A DNA stretch of 64,000 nucleotides from Alphaproteobacteria bacterium (GTDB lineage: Bacteria; Pseudomonadota; Alphaproteobacteria; RF32; CAG-239): positions 85,945-149,944 of the forward strand of contig JBGUGE010000076.1 in the NCBI GenBank assembly GCA_045111335.1. The letters are read 5' to 3'. The translations under genes were made by a program, and so were the position numbers. The notes below the pieces were generated by a model that saw nothing but the letters and a program-made list of their open reading frames with translations, was not told the origin of the DNA and searched no databases. This document shows positions 37,908 to 46,434 of the stretch, piece by piece (the first letter of the stretch is position 1; every line of letters begins with the position of its first letter).

Positions 37908-39165
37908 AAATCTGAAAAATAAGGGAATACTCCTGTTTGTTATGTATCTTTGCGGAGCCGTTTGTCTTTATACGCCGCAGGCTCACGCCATAGCTTTTAT
38001 TGATTCCATTTCGGGATTACTGATGGACTTGGGTAAAAAGATTATGAAAGATCAGAGCAACGAAGAAACAAGTACCAGCGGGCAATTAGAAGAACAAAAC
38101 GCAAAAACCGTAAAGGCTGATGATAACGAAGGTAAAGAATTGTTTGATAACGTTCTTCGTGATACGGCAGATATCGCGCATGATGTGGCCAAAGGTCAAT
38201 ATATGGCCGGTGATTATTCGGCACAAGGTTTTATGGAGGCTTTTTCCAGTCAGTTGGGTGATTTAAGCAGAACCTATGACGACTGGGAAAGAAAGATGAA
38301 CGATAAAATAGAGTCTGAAGAAAAAGCCAAAATGGATAAAAAATTTGAAATGCAAAAACAAATGGTGGTTTTACAATCGCAGCGTGATGCATTAAATGAA
38401 TTGATTATGCAGGAATCTACGGAAGATCGTGTGGCTCAGCTGAATAAGTTGGATGAGGCTATTGCCGATTTGGCTAAGCAAATCAGAGAAAACGATGAAA
38501 AAGATGTAATGAACACCAGCGAAGTCAGAAAAGCTAAACGCGAGATGATGAAACTTGAGCAGAAAATGGAGTCGGTCTCGGCGAAGTATTCGGAACAAAA
38601 TGTTGCCAATATGATGCAGACCGAGATGATGAAATTGTTCCAGACGGATCCGAATAAAGATGAAAAAGAAGCGTATTCCACCGTTATCAGCAAGCTGTTT
38701 TTGCAGGAAGATGAATCGCCGAATTCGGAAAATATCAGACGCATTATGAACGAACGTAAGCGCGAATATTATGACGCCGTTAAAAATGCACTGGAAACGG
38801 TGGTCAGCGCTAAAGACAGCATTGAACAAACCAACAAACGCAGCGAGGAGTGCACACAAATGGTTACGGAGCAGGCAGACGGTGTGTTGGGCTCGTTGGG
38901 TATTGCTCAATGTGTGGAAATGCAAAGAGCCATTGTGGCGGTAGGATATATGGAAATTTTGTTGGCGATGATTCAGTTGGATACTACGGCCGAAATGCAA
39001 AAATGGGATAACAAATATCAACTGCGTGATTATGAAAAAGATATCACGAAATTCAATTTAGACGACTACATGATGAAGAAAGATGATTGGAAAACATCGT
39101 GGCGAGATAAGGCCAGAGAAAGAATCAAAAATGGTTTGGCTCAACATTTCAGCGGATATTTTTAA
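37900..39165 (+). CDS. Secreted coiled-coil protein of unknown function (possibly VirB5-related)
   Basis: AAGGAG RBS before the ATG at 37900, with an 8-nt overlap with the upstream gene. Signal peptide (PQAHA). The mature end IAFIDSISGLLMDLGKKI. Long K/E/M/Q-rich helices. Confidence 0.6.
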   Translation: MIKNLKNKGILLFVMYLCGAVCLYTPQAHAIAFIDSISGLLMDLGKKIMKDQSNEETSTSGQLEEQNAKTVKADDNEGKELFDNVLRDTADIAHDVAKGQYMAGDYSAQGFMEAFSSQLGDLSRTYDDWERKMNDKIESEEKAKMDKKFEMQKQMVVLQSQRDALNELIMQESTEDRVAQLNKLDEAIADLAKQIRENDEKDVMNTSEVRKAKREMMKLEQKMESVSAKYSEQNVANMMQTEMMKLFQTDPNKDEKEAYSTVISKLFLQEDESPNSENIRRIMNERKREYYDAVKNALETVVSAKDSIEQTNKRSEECTQMVTEQADGVLGSLGIAQCVEMQRAIVAVGYMEILLAMIQLDTTAEMQKWDNKYQLRDYEKDITKFNLDDYMMKKDDWKTSWRDKARERIKNGLAQHFSGYF

Positions 39166-39180
39166 TCTGAGGAGGGTACA

Positions 39181-42100
39181 ATGACAATGAGTAATTTGAA
39201 AAAATTTATCTTAGTTTTAATGATGAGTGCTCTCTTCAGAGGAGAGGCAACGGCTATGATGATGGATATGAACCCGTCAACTCCGGGGCCGTCACCGCAG
39301 GCAAATCTGACCGGTACGCCATCCGAATTGTCGTTGTTGACGAGCGCAATTAAGGAAATTAATAAGAATCGGCAGACGCTGAAGTCAATGACCGATATGA
39401 CTCGAATTAAGCAGTTAGCCAAGAGTTATGCCTCTAAGTTGGGAAATACGGCGCTGAATATGCTCAAAGGCCAAAATTTCCAGAAAAACAAAAAGGTTAT
39501 TACTTATTCGCGGACGATTGAGGATTGTAAGGAATATAAGGTTACCGATGAAAACGGCTCTATGCAGCTGGTTAAGGCCAACAATCCGTATTTGGTGAAA
39601 AAAGCGTTTGTAAACCTGTTTTTCCAATATCCGGATAAAAATAATCAGGCTAAATATGCGTACGAGCAAAAAGGTGAGCAACTTAAAATGGATACCACCA
39701 TTGAAATGTTTATCACTGCCAAGGAGCTGCAGAAAAAGTTGGTGGGAAGAGAAATCGAACTGTTCGGGGCTCCGATTGTATTTCCGGATAAAGATCACAG
39801 CGAAGATGTCAGCGATATTGAAGAAAAGCTGAGCAGCGCTTCAATGGAGGATTTGGGGCTGGTTACGCAGTTACGCCTTTATGAAAGATGTCTGGTCGGG
39901 GATCAGTTCTGCGATATAATCGGGGTTACTTCCTGCGTCGGCAAGGGCGATTCCGGCGGTGATCGCGGTGGTCAGGTACAGTCCGGCGGGGGCAATAACA
40001 ACGAAGATATGGCGTGCTTCTGGAACAGCGCCATCAAGGCTGAGAAGTTGTATGATACGATTATGCTCTACAACGAAATGTTGGTTGCCATGCTGGCACA
40101 ATACCGCTCGGTTATGGGTATTTCTTCCATAGCTAAAATCAGAGAATATAAGAGTGAAGAAGAAAATAACAATGACCAAACGTCGGCATTGGAAGCTCCG
40201 TATCATCAAAACAATATCGTGGTTTCGCAAAAAATAACGGCAGATGCGATGTTTGCCGATATGACGGCGGCCGATCGTTTTGCGGAGAGAATGGATAAAA
40301 AATATAAGGATATGATGAAAGATCCGGCCAAAAACACCGGCGGCGATTTTGAGCGTGCAAACGGTGCCACAGGATATTCTCATATATTGGAAAGCCGCAT
40401 GGAAAACTTTGCCGATCTGGAAAGCTTGGCCGCGGCGGAAGAATATGTACAGAAGGCTGAAACGATTCATAGTGCGTTGCAGCGATTGCCGACTTATGAA
40501 GATATATACAAACAACACGAATATATTAAAAGGATGCATGAAATCAGTCGTCAGATGGTGATGTATTCAAGCGAATGTGCCATGAGGATGTTGGAACCGT
40601 ACTATGAAAGTCCGGAAGAGGCAATGTTTGGTGCCAATGACTGTTATGTTGCCCACAACGATGAGGGTGAGCCTAACGGTAAGATTGTTTGCCATACGAT
40701 TAATCATAAGGCGTTTGAGCATCCGAAAACCAGCCTGGAAGAAGTTGCCTGTCGGGATTCATCAAGCGGAACCTGTTATATGGCCGATATTGATGAATAT
40801 ATCGACTCGCTGAGTGAAGAAGATCTGGATGAAAACGGCGAAGAAAAACCGTTGGAGAAACCGGTGTTGGTTGAGGCTCCTTCCAAGGGCGGTATCATGC
40901 AGTACTTAATTGATTTGTATCGCGTGGCCATTGACGGTAATGCCGTTTATGAATATGACAAAGATGTAAACGTCACGGTTGAATCTGCCAACGAAACCGA
41001 AAGTGCAGACTATTCTTCGCACCTCAATATTAAATCGGATGTAGAGAATCCGGAATTGGACGAGGGTAAAAACCGCGGTGCCAAATATATGAATATGTAT
41101 GAAGTGCCGGAAGATGAGAATAATCCGGACGGTGGTGTTCCGCCGACAAATTATGATGAACCGGAAGATTCTTCCACCGTTTTCGTAACCGAACGGGATG
41201 ACGACGAGGTTACGGATAAGGACGGATTTAATGATAAAAGAAAGGATATGGCGGAAAATCCGGGAGATTATGAGCGTGATCCGAGTGACAGAAGCTCACA
41301 GCCGCGTGCTCAGGATGATGCCGCTGCTGACGGATTGACCAATGATACGCAGGTTGAAAATCTGTTGCGTTGGACCATCGGTAAGGAAATAATGAGCGAT
41401 ATTGCACTCGATCTGCCTTGCGGTTTGAACACGGCAGGAGGCGAATGCTATCATGATCCGATTCACTTTGCCGAACCGAAAGCCAAATTTATTGTATGGA
41501 AAGATCAACGGGAATTTTATGATCAATATATCGACGGAAAATATGAAAATATAAAGCAATATATTGAGACGGCTCCGGCAATTATTTTGTTGTTGAACGT
41601 TGCCGAATCTTTAGGTATAGACGCGGGAATTGCCAACAAAATTTTAGATTTCTATGAAGAAGATGAAACCGGAAAAATTGAGGCCGTATTGCAAGAACAG
41701 GACGAAAGATTCAAAAAAGTTGATGAGGACTATCTTGATAAAATCAAGCCGTTGAATGAAGAAAGAGAAGAACTCGTTACCAGAAAAGATGAGCTGGGAA
41801 AAGAACTCAATAAGCAAAACGGTATTTTCAATCAGGCTCGGCGTGAATTGAAGGGTGCCGAATTGGCTAAAAGTAACTCGGACCACGGTAACGAATTCAA
41901 CCGCAATATGTATGAGCAAGCCGGCAGAACCGATGTTGATGTCGATGCCATGCCGCAAACCAGGCAATACACGGAATTGACCGCAAATGCCGAAGCTCGC
42001 CGCGAAGAAGCCGAAAGACAAAAGACAAGATCCAAGGAACGAGCGGAAGAAATTGAAAGAGAGCTTGAAGATATTGAAGACAGACTTGAAGAAATTGATG

Positions 42101-44541
42101 ATGAATTGGTGATATTGCGCCAGAGATACGTTAAAGATTTGAGTGATGCCGAATATATCGATATGACCAAAAGTGAGGATTTAACCTCCGGTATGCTCTC
42201 GGCCAGAAGTGATTTCAACCCGACTACCTTAACCATCGCCGGAGAAGAAATCGAAATGCCGGTTGTGCCGTTAGCCACGGAATTGATGAGTTGCGTTCGC
42301 GATAAGATGCTCGATATAATTAAAAAGCATGAAGAAAAATATCTTGAAACCATGCGCGGATATATGTATTCCATCAACAACTATGTCAAACCTAACTTAA
42401 ATCCGATAAAGTCACCGTTGGTGTACCATCAGGAACTGATGAAGAAATTGACTAATTTAACGGCCGCTGATCTTGCGGGTTGTCCGGGGGTTGATGTTTT
42501 TGCCGGAGTTACGGGCGGAATCAACTTTTTTGCTCATACCTGCGGCGATGACGGAGAAAAATGTCTGAAAGCGCCGGTAGAGCTCGACCTTGAGAATAAT
42601 GCGCAAGAATCCTGCAACAATATTATGGAACCGGATATGAACGGAGAGGGATATCTGAACCGCGATAATTTGGCATACTTTGTCGGCATGATCGGGCAAC
42701 CGAAAGACCTGTTGGCACCGTATCCTCCGGGATGTCCGATAGGTGACGAAGGGATACCGCTGCGCGAAACGGTTCACTTCAACAGCGATGACTATTCATC
42801 CATCTCCAAGTATTTCCAAAGACGTGGACCATTCGGCCTGAAACAGGGCGATGAGGACGATGCCGAAGAAAATACGGATATGTATATCAGCCTTCGCTTG
42901 TTGCTCAAAGAGCTGCTTAGTGAGACTCCGGGTATGCAAATTACCTCAACGGATAATTACATCGGCGGCGTAGAGGGGGCAAAAACATCAATTATGCCGT
43001 ATTTCTGGAAGTGGATTTTGAGCCCGCGTACATACATTCAGCGTAAGTTTGATTTAAGAAAGCTGATTGGTGTTCAAAACGGTACTTCCGAAGAAAGAGT
43101 GGTCGCCAAGCGCACACAACAAGAGCTTCGCCGCTCCGGTATGTATCCGTGCCGCTCTTATGAATATGATATGGAGGGCAAACCTACCCACAGAGTATTT
43201 TATGATAAATACGGTGTTTCTACCGGTGTTGAGGTTCAATACTTTGTTGATCTTGATCGCGAATTGCATTTCAGCATACCGCAAATGCCGCCTGAAAAAT
43301 ATACACGTGAAAATCCGTATATTATCGGCCGTATGAGTCAACATCCGGAATGGTTGCTTTATACATCGGTACCGTATAATTCCGAACACCCTGAAGAAAC
43401 TCCTATCCCAGAAGTAATCAGAGGCGTCCGCGAGTGTTTGGCGGTTCAGGCACGGGTTGAAGATCCGGAAACCGGCGAAGGTTTGCGCGTGTTTGACCTT
43501 GAAACCGAGGCAGATATGGACAACCACACCTATGATTATGTCGGTCCGGGTGAAGGCGGCTATGCCGGCAGTGAATTGGGACAAATCTTTACCTATTACC
43601 GCAATAATGGGGATAAGATTATGGTTAAAGAACATAATGAAACCGCGTGCGAAGCAATCTGCGGTTCGAGTTCAATATGCCGCAGTATGGTTCCGGAATG
43701 TCAGGACGAAGTCTTAAACGACCCGTTACGCCTAACGTTTAACGCAATGCTTATTAAGTCCTTCTTTACCAACTACGAAGATTACGGTCGGGAAGGCCAT
43801 GAAGAAGAAACGTCGTGGCAAAATAATGCAACTCGGGTTGCGTTGGATAAAAACCAGTTCGGAGATTTCTTGGATCAGGTTGAATCCATGCGCGTAACGG
43901 CCGATAATCTGCTCAATTCCGAGAAGAAGATGAGCAGTGTTCAGCACGATTTGGAAGAGTCCTTAAACATTCAGGAAGACGATCAACTCGCCAACGCATC
44001 CGGTGAGCAGGAAGACAGTCCGGACAGATTTGTGTTCGGTCCGGATTTCAAACTGATTAATGATCCGGAAAACGAAAACGATGACTATGATCGTCTGCGC
44101 AGAGCGTTGATTGAGCGCAAGATGTATTATCTTGATTCGGCTCTCTCGATTTTGCAAGATCTGCAATTTACGCAAACTTATACAACCGAAGACGGTTCTA
44201 CGGTTTCGGGAGATGCCGTTGAAACGATTAAACGTCGTTTTCTCGACATATTGCGCCGCATTACGTTGTATAAGATAGACAGCGAAAATTGCGGCGGTTA
44301 CGCCGACTGCGGTATCGAGGATTATCCGGGAGATTTGGTAACCATCGGCGGCGACGAAATCGAAGCTGATGAAAACGGTGAGTTCCATTTGGAGGGCAGT
44401 GAGATGCTCGAAAAAATGAAACAGGCTAAGGCCGACTGGGATATCATTGTTGAAACGGCCGCCGAACAAGATGCAGAACGTGAAAAGCGTCTGCGGAAGT
44501 TTGTTCGCCCGTATTGCACCTCGTATTGGCGTGTTTTCTAA
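39181..44541 (+). CDS. 1786-aa secreted Cys-rich giant protein of unknown function
   Basis: GAGGAGGG RBS. Signal peptide (LFRGEATA). About 30 Cys, often in close pairs (FCDIIGVTSC, CEAICGSSSICRSMVPEC, CGGYADC). A central R/E coiled coil (RREEAERQKTRSKERAEEIERELEDIEDRLEEIDDE). No internal TM helices. Confidence 0.8.
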   Translation: MTMSNLKKFILVLMMSALFRGEATAMMMDMNPSTPGPSPQANLTGTPSELSLLTSAIKEINKNRQTLKSMTDMTRIKQLAKSYASKLGNTALNMLKGQNFQKNKKVITYSRTIEDCKEYKVTDENGSMQLVKANNPYLVKKAFVNLFFQYPDKNNQAKYAYEQKGEQLKMDTTIEMFITAKELQKKLVGREIELFGAPIVFPDKDHSEDVSDIEEKLSSASMEDLGLVTQLRLYERCLVGDQFCDIIGVTSCVGKGDSGGDRGGQVQSGGGNNNEDMACFWNSAIKAEKLYDTIMLYNEMLVAMLAQYRSVMGISSIAKIREYKSEEENNNDQTSALEAPYHQNNIVVSQKITADAMFADMTAADRFAERMDKKYKDMMKDPAKNTGGDFERANGATGYSHILESRMENFADLESLAAAEEYVQKAETIHSALQRLPTYEDIYKQHEYIKRMHEISRQMVMYSSECAMRMLEPYYESPEEAMFGANDCYVAHNDEGEPNGKIVCHTINHKAFEHPKTSLEEVACRDSSSGTCYMADIDEYIDSLSEEDLDENGEEKPLEKPVLVEAPSKGGIMQYLIDLYRVAIDGNAVYEYDKDVNVTVESANETESADYSSHLNIKSDVENPELDEGKNRGAKYMNMYEVPEDENNPDGGVPPTNYDEPEDSSTVFVTERDDDEVTDKDGFNDKRKDMAENPGDYERDPSDRSSQPRAQDDAAADGLTNDTQVENLLRWTIGKEIMSDIALDLPCGLNTAGGECYHDPIHFAEPKAKFIVWKDQREFYDQYIDGKYENIKQYIETAPAIILLLNVAESLGIDAGIANKILDFYEEDETGKIEAVLQEQDERFKKVDEDYLDKIKPLNEEREELVTRKDELGKELNKQNGIFNQARRELKGAELAKSNSDHGNEFNRNMYEQAGRTDVDVDAMPQTRQYTELTANAEARREEAERQKTRSKERAEEIERELEDIEDRLEEIDDELVILRQRYVKDLSDAEYIDMTKSEDLTSGMLSARSDFNPTTLTIAGEEIEMPVVPLATELMSCVRDKMLDIIKKHEEKYLETMRGYMYSINNYVKPNLNPIKSPLVYHQELMKKLTNLTAADLAGCPGVDVFAGVTGGINFFAHTCGDDGEKCLKAPVELDLENNAQESCNNIMEPDMNGEGYLNRDNLAYFVGMIGQPKDLLAPYPPGCPIGDEGIPLRETVHFNSDDYSSISKYFQRRGPFGLKQGDEDDAEENTDMYISLRLLLKELLSETPGMQITSTDNYIGGVEGAKTSIMPYFWKWILSPRTYIQRKFDLRKLIGVQNGTSEERVVAKRTQQELRRSGMYPCRSYEYDMEGKPTHRVFYDKYGVSTGVEVQYFVDLDRELHFSIPQMPPEKYTRENPYIIGRMSQHPEWLLYTSVPYNSEHPEETPIPEVIRGVRECLAVQARVEDPETGEGLRVFDLETEADMDNHTYDYVGPGEGGYAGSELGQIFTYYRNNGDKIMVKEHNETACEAICGSSSICRSMVPECQDEVLNDPLRLTFNAMLIKSFFTNYEDYGREGHEEETSWQNNATRVALDKNQFGDFLDQVESMRVTADNLLNSEKKMSSVQHDLEESLNIQEDDQLANASGEQEDSPDRFVFGPDFKLINDPENENDDYDRLRRALIERKMYYLDSALSILQDLQFTQTYTTEDGSTVSGDAVETIKRRFLDILRRITLYKIDSENCGGYADCGIEDYPGDLVTIGGDEIEADENGEFHLEGSEMLEKMKQAKADWDIIVETAAEQDAEREKRLRKFVRPYCTSYWRVF

Positions 44542-44563
44542 AATTTAAGAAAGGGATATAAAA

Positions 44564-45316
44564 GTGGCTCAACTTGGAGACGGAACAAAGAAAATCTTAA
44601 TAACCGATCGAAACCGGCAACCTGATACCGGCTATCAGCCTCAGTTTATTAAGGATATACGGCAGGAAACAACATCAAGCAAAGAAGTCTATTTCAGATG
44701 GCTTTCGCGATTGGTGATACTTTGTGCCATTATTTCCCTGACTTTCTTTTTGAGTTCGACTCTGGTGATCTTTCGGTTGGGTCGGGAGATTATCGTTGAG
44801 CCGCTTTTAATCATCAATCAAAAGGATTCGGAAACAATAGCGCGTTATGAGCCGATTGATAAAAAAATGCCGTCGGAAAAGCAACTTACCGAGATGTATA
44901 TCAGACAGTATGTTTCTCTGCGCAACACGGTTATCAACGATGAGCAGGAAATGCGGACGCGTTGGGGGCCGGGCGGTATTGTGCAATATATGTCGGCGCC
45001 GGATGTTTATAAAGAATTTATCGGCGCAAACATGCAAACAATCGAAAAAATGTTTGATAACGAGTATTCCAGCGAGGTTTATATTGACAGAATCTATAAA
45101 GAAAGCGAGGAATCTCCGGCTTGGACCGTCTCGTTTACCATATTTAATCTTTCCCGAACTCGCAACGATTCCGGTTCTCTGACCTTAAAGACCATGCGCT
45201 ACAAGGCTTCAGTTACTCCTGCGTATATTGAAGATCGCCGCCTTATGAAAGCGCGTTTGATAAATCCGATAGGGTTTACGGTCATAAAATATAATCAAAG
45301 CGAAATAAGAGAATAA
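44564..45316 (+). CDS. virB8: VirB8/TrbF-like bitopic protein, copy 1
   Basis: 250 aa. GTG start. Cytoplasmic N-terminus, one TM (LVILCAIISLTFFLSSTLVIF), and a ~170-aa periplasmic domain. Shares blocks with copy 2 (IRQYV-LR-T, RW--GG, MS-P-VY-EF, MRYKAS / MKYRAS, NP[IV]GFTV). Confidence 0.7.
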   Translation: MAQLGDGTKKILITDRNRQPDTGYQPQFIKDIRQETTSSKEVYFRWLSRLVILCAIISLTFFLSSTLVIFRLGREIIVEPLLIINQKDSETIARYEPIDKKMPSEKQLTEMYIRQYVSLRNTVINDEQEMRTRWGPGGIVQYMSAPDVYKEFIGANMQTIEKMFDNEYSSEVYIDRIYKESEESPAWTVSFTIFNLSRTRNDSGSLTLKTMRYKASVTPAYIEDRRLMKARLINPIGFTVIKYNQSEIRE

Positions 45317-45462
45317 TTTGTTTAATCTATTTTAATCTTTTTATTTTATTATAATAGCCAGAGGAGTATCCGCATTTATCGGGTATCGCTTGAAAATGCC
45401 GGTATTTCCTTGTGTTGGGCGGAGTCTCAACAAACGCTGAAAATAAAATAGAGAGAAGAAAA

Positions 45463-45651
45463 ATGTATAAAAAAATTTTGATTTTTGCTATATTTTTGAT
45501 TCTGTCGGCATGCAGTTTGTTCGGTTCGTATTATGAACCGGAGGCTGTGGGAATCGGTAAAGACATCAACGAGTTAAAGCTGTCTCCGTGCGCTTGTATG
45601 CAGATTGATGTGATTAAAAACGTGCCTGATTGGTTTTGGGAAACAATTTAG
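45463..45651 (+). CDS. VirB7-like small lipoprotein
   Basis: 62 aa. Lipobox LILSAC. The small size and its position just upstream of virB8-2/virB9 are typical of VirB7/TrbH-type lipoproteins. The ATG at 45463 is preferred over the track start at 45412. Confidence 0.55.
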   Translation: MYKKILIFAIFLILSACSLFGSYYEPEAVGIGKDINELKLSPCACMQIDVIKNVPDWFWETI

Positions 45652-45666
45652 ACAGGATATGAATAA

Positions 45667-46419
45667 ATGGCAGATCAGTTAGGGATAAACAATACGCAGC
45701 AAAAACTAATAGCTTCCGGTCAAAAACGTCCGGCGCAAAATACTCGTGCGTCCGTGCATCGCGATGTTACCAGAGAAGATGACAGTCTGGTTGTTAACGC
45801 AAGCGAAAAAAGATATTTATGGACGGCGCGTGCATTTGCAGTTGTAACGGCCATCAGTTTGTGCTGTAACCTGATTTTATTGCTGACGATTGCGCAAATT
45901 TTGCCGCTGTATCGCGTTGAGCCGTATTTGCTGACCTTATCCAATAAGGAGGAACAGGTCTACAATATTATACCGTACAGCCGCGATATGGAGGCAAAAA
46001 AATCAATTACGGAGACATTTATCAGACAATACGTCTTGCTGCGCACCACTTTGCTTTCGGATATAGAAGAAATGGAAGCTCGTTGGCAAAACGGCGGCGA
46101 TTTGCAAAAAATGTCTTCTCCGATTGTGTATCAGGAATTTATGAGCGAAACCGGCCCGAAGCTGATGAAACGTATGAAAGAAGACGGCCTGACCAGTAAT
46201 GTATCGATTATTACGGTAAATGAAATTTCGGATTCATTATGGCAGGTGGAATATAGTGTTGATTATTATTTGCCGTCGTCATATACGCCGAAAAAGATGA
46301 AATATCGCGCCAGTATGCGTGTTCAGTATATTCCGCAACGCGTTTCATATAAGGAAAGATTGAAAAATCCGGTCGGATTTACGGTGCTTTCTTATTCAAT
46401 CAAACAAATAAAAGATTAG
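45667..46419 (+). CDS. virB8: VirB8/TrbF-like bitopic protein, copy 2
   Basis: 250 aa, the same architecture as copy 1 (TM FAVVTAISLCCNLILLLTIAQIL), and alignable with it over the periplasmic domain. Confidence 0.7.
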   Translation: MADQLGINNTQQKLIASGQKRPAQNTRASVHRDVTREDDSLVVNASEKRYLWTARAFAVVTAISLCCNLILLLTIAQILPLYRVEPYLLTLSNKEEQVYNIIPYSRDMEAKKSITETFIRQYVLLRTTLLSDIEEMEARWQNGGDLQKMSSPIVYQEFMSETGPKLMKRMKEDGLTSNVSIITVNEISDSLWQVEYSVDYYLPSSYTPKKMKYRASMRVQYIPQRVSYKERLKNPVGFTVLSYSIKQIKD

Positions 46420-46434
46420 AGTTAGGATAAAAAC

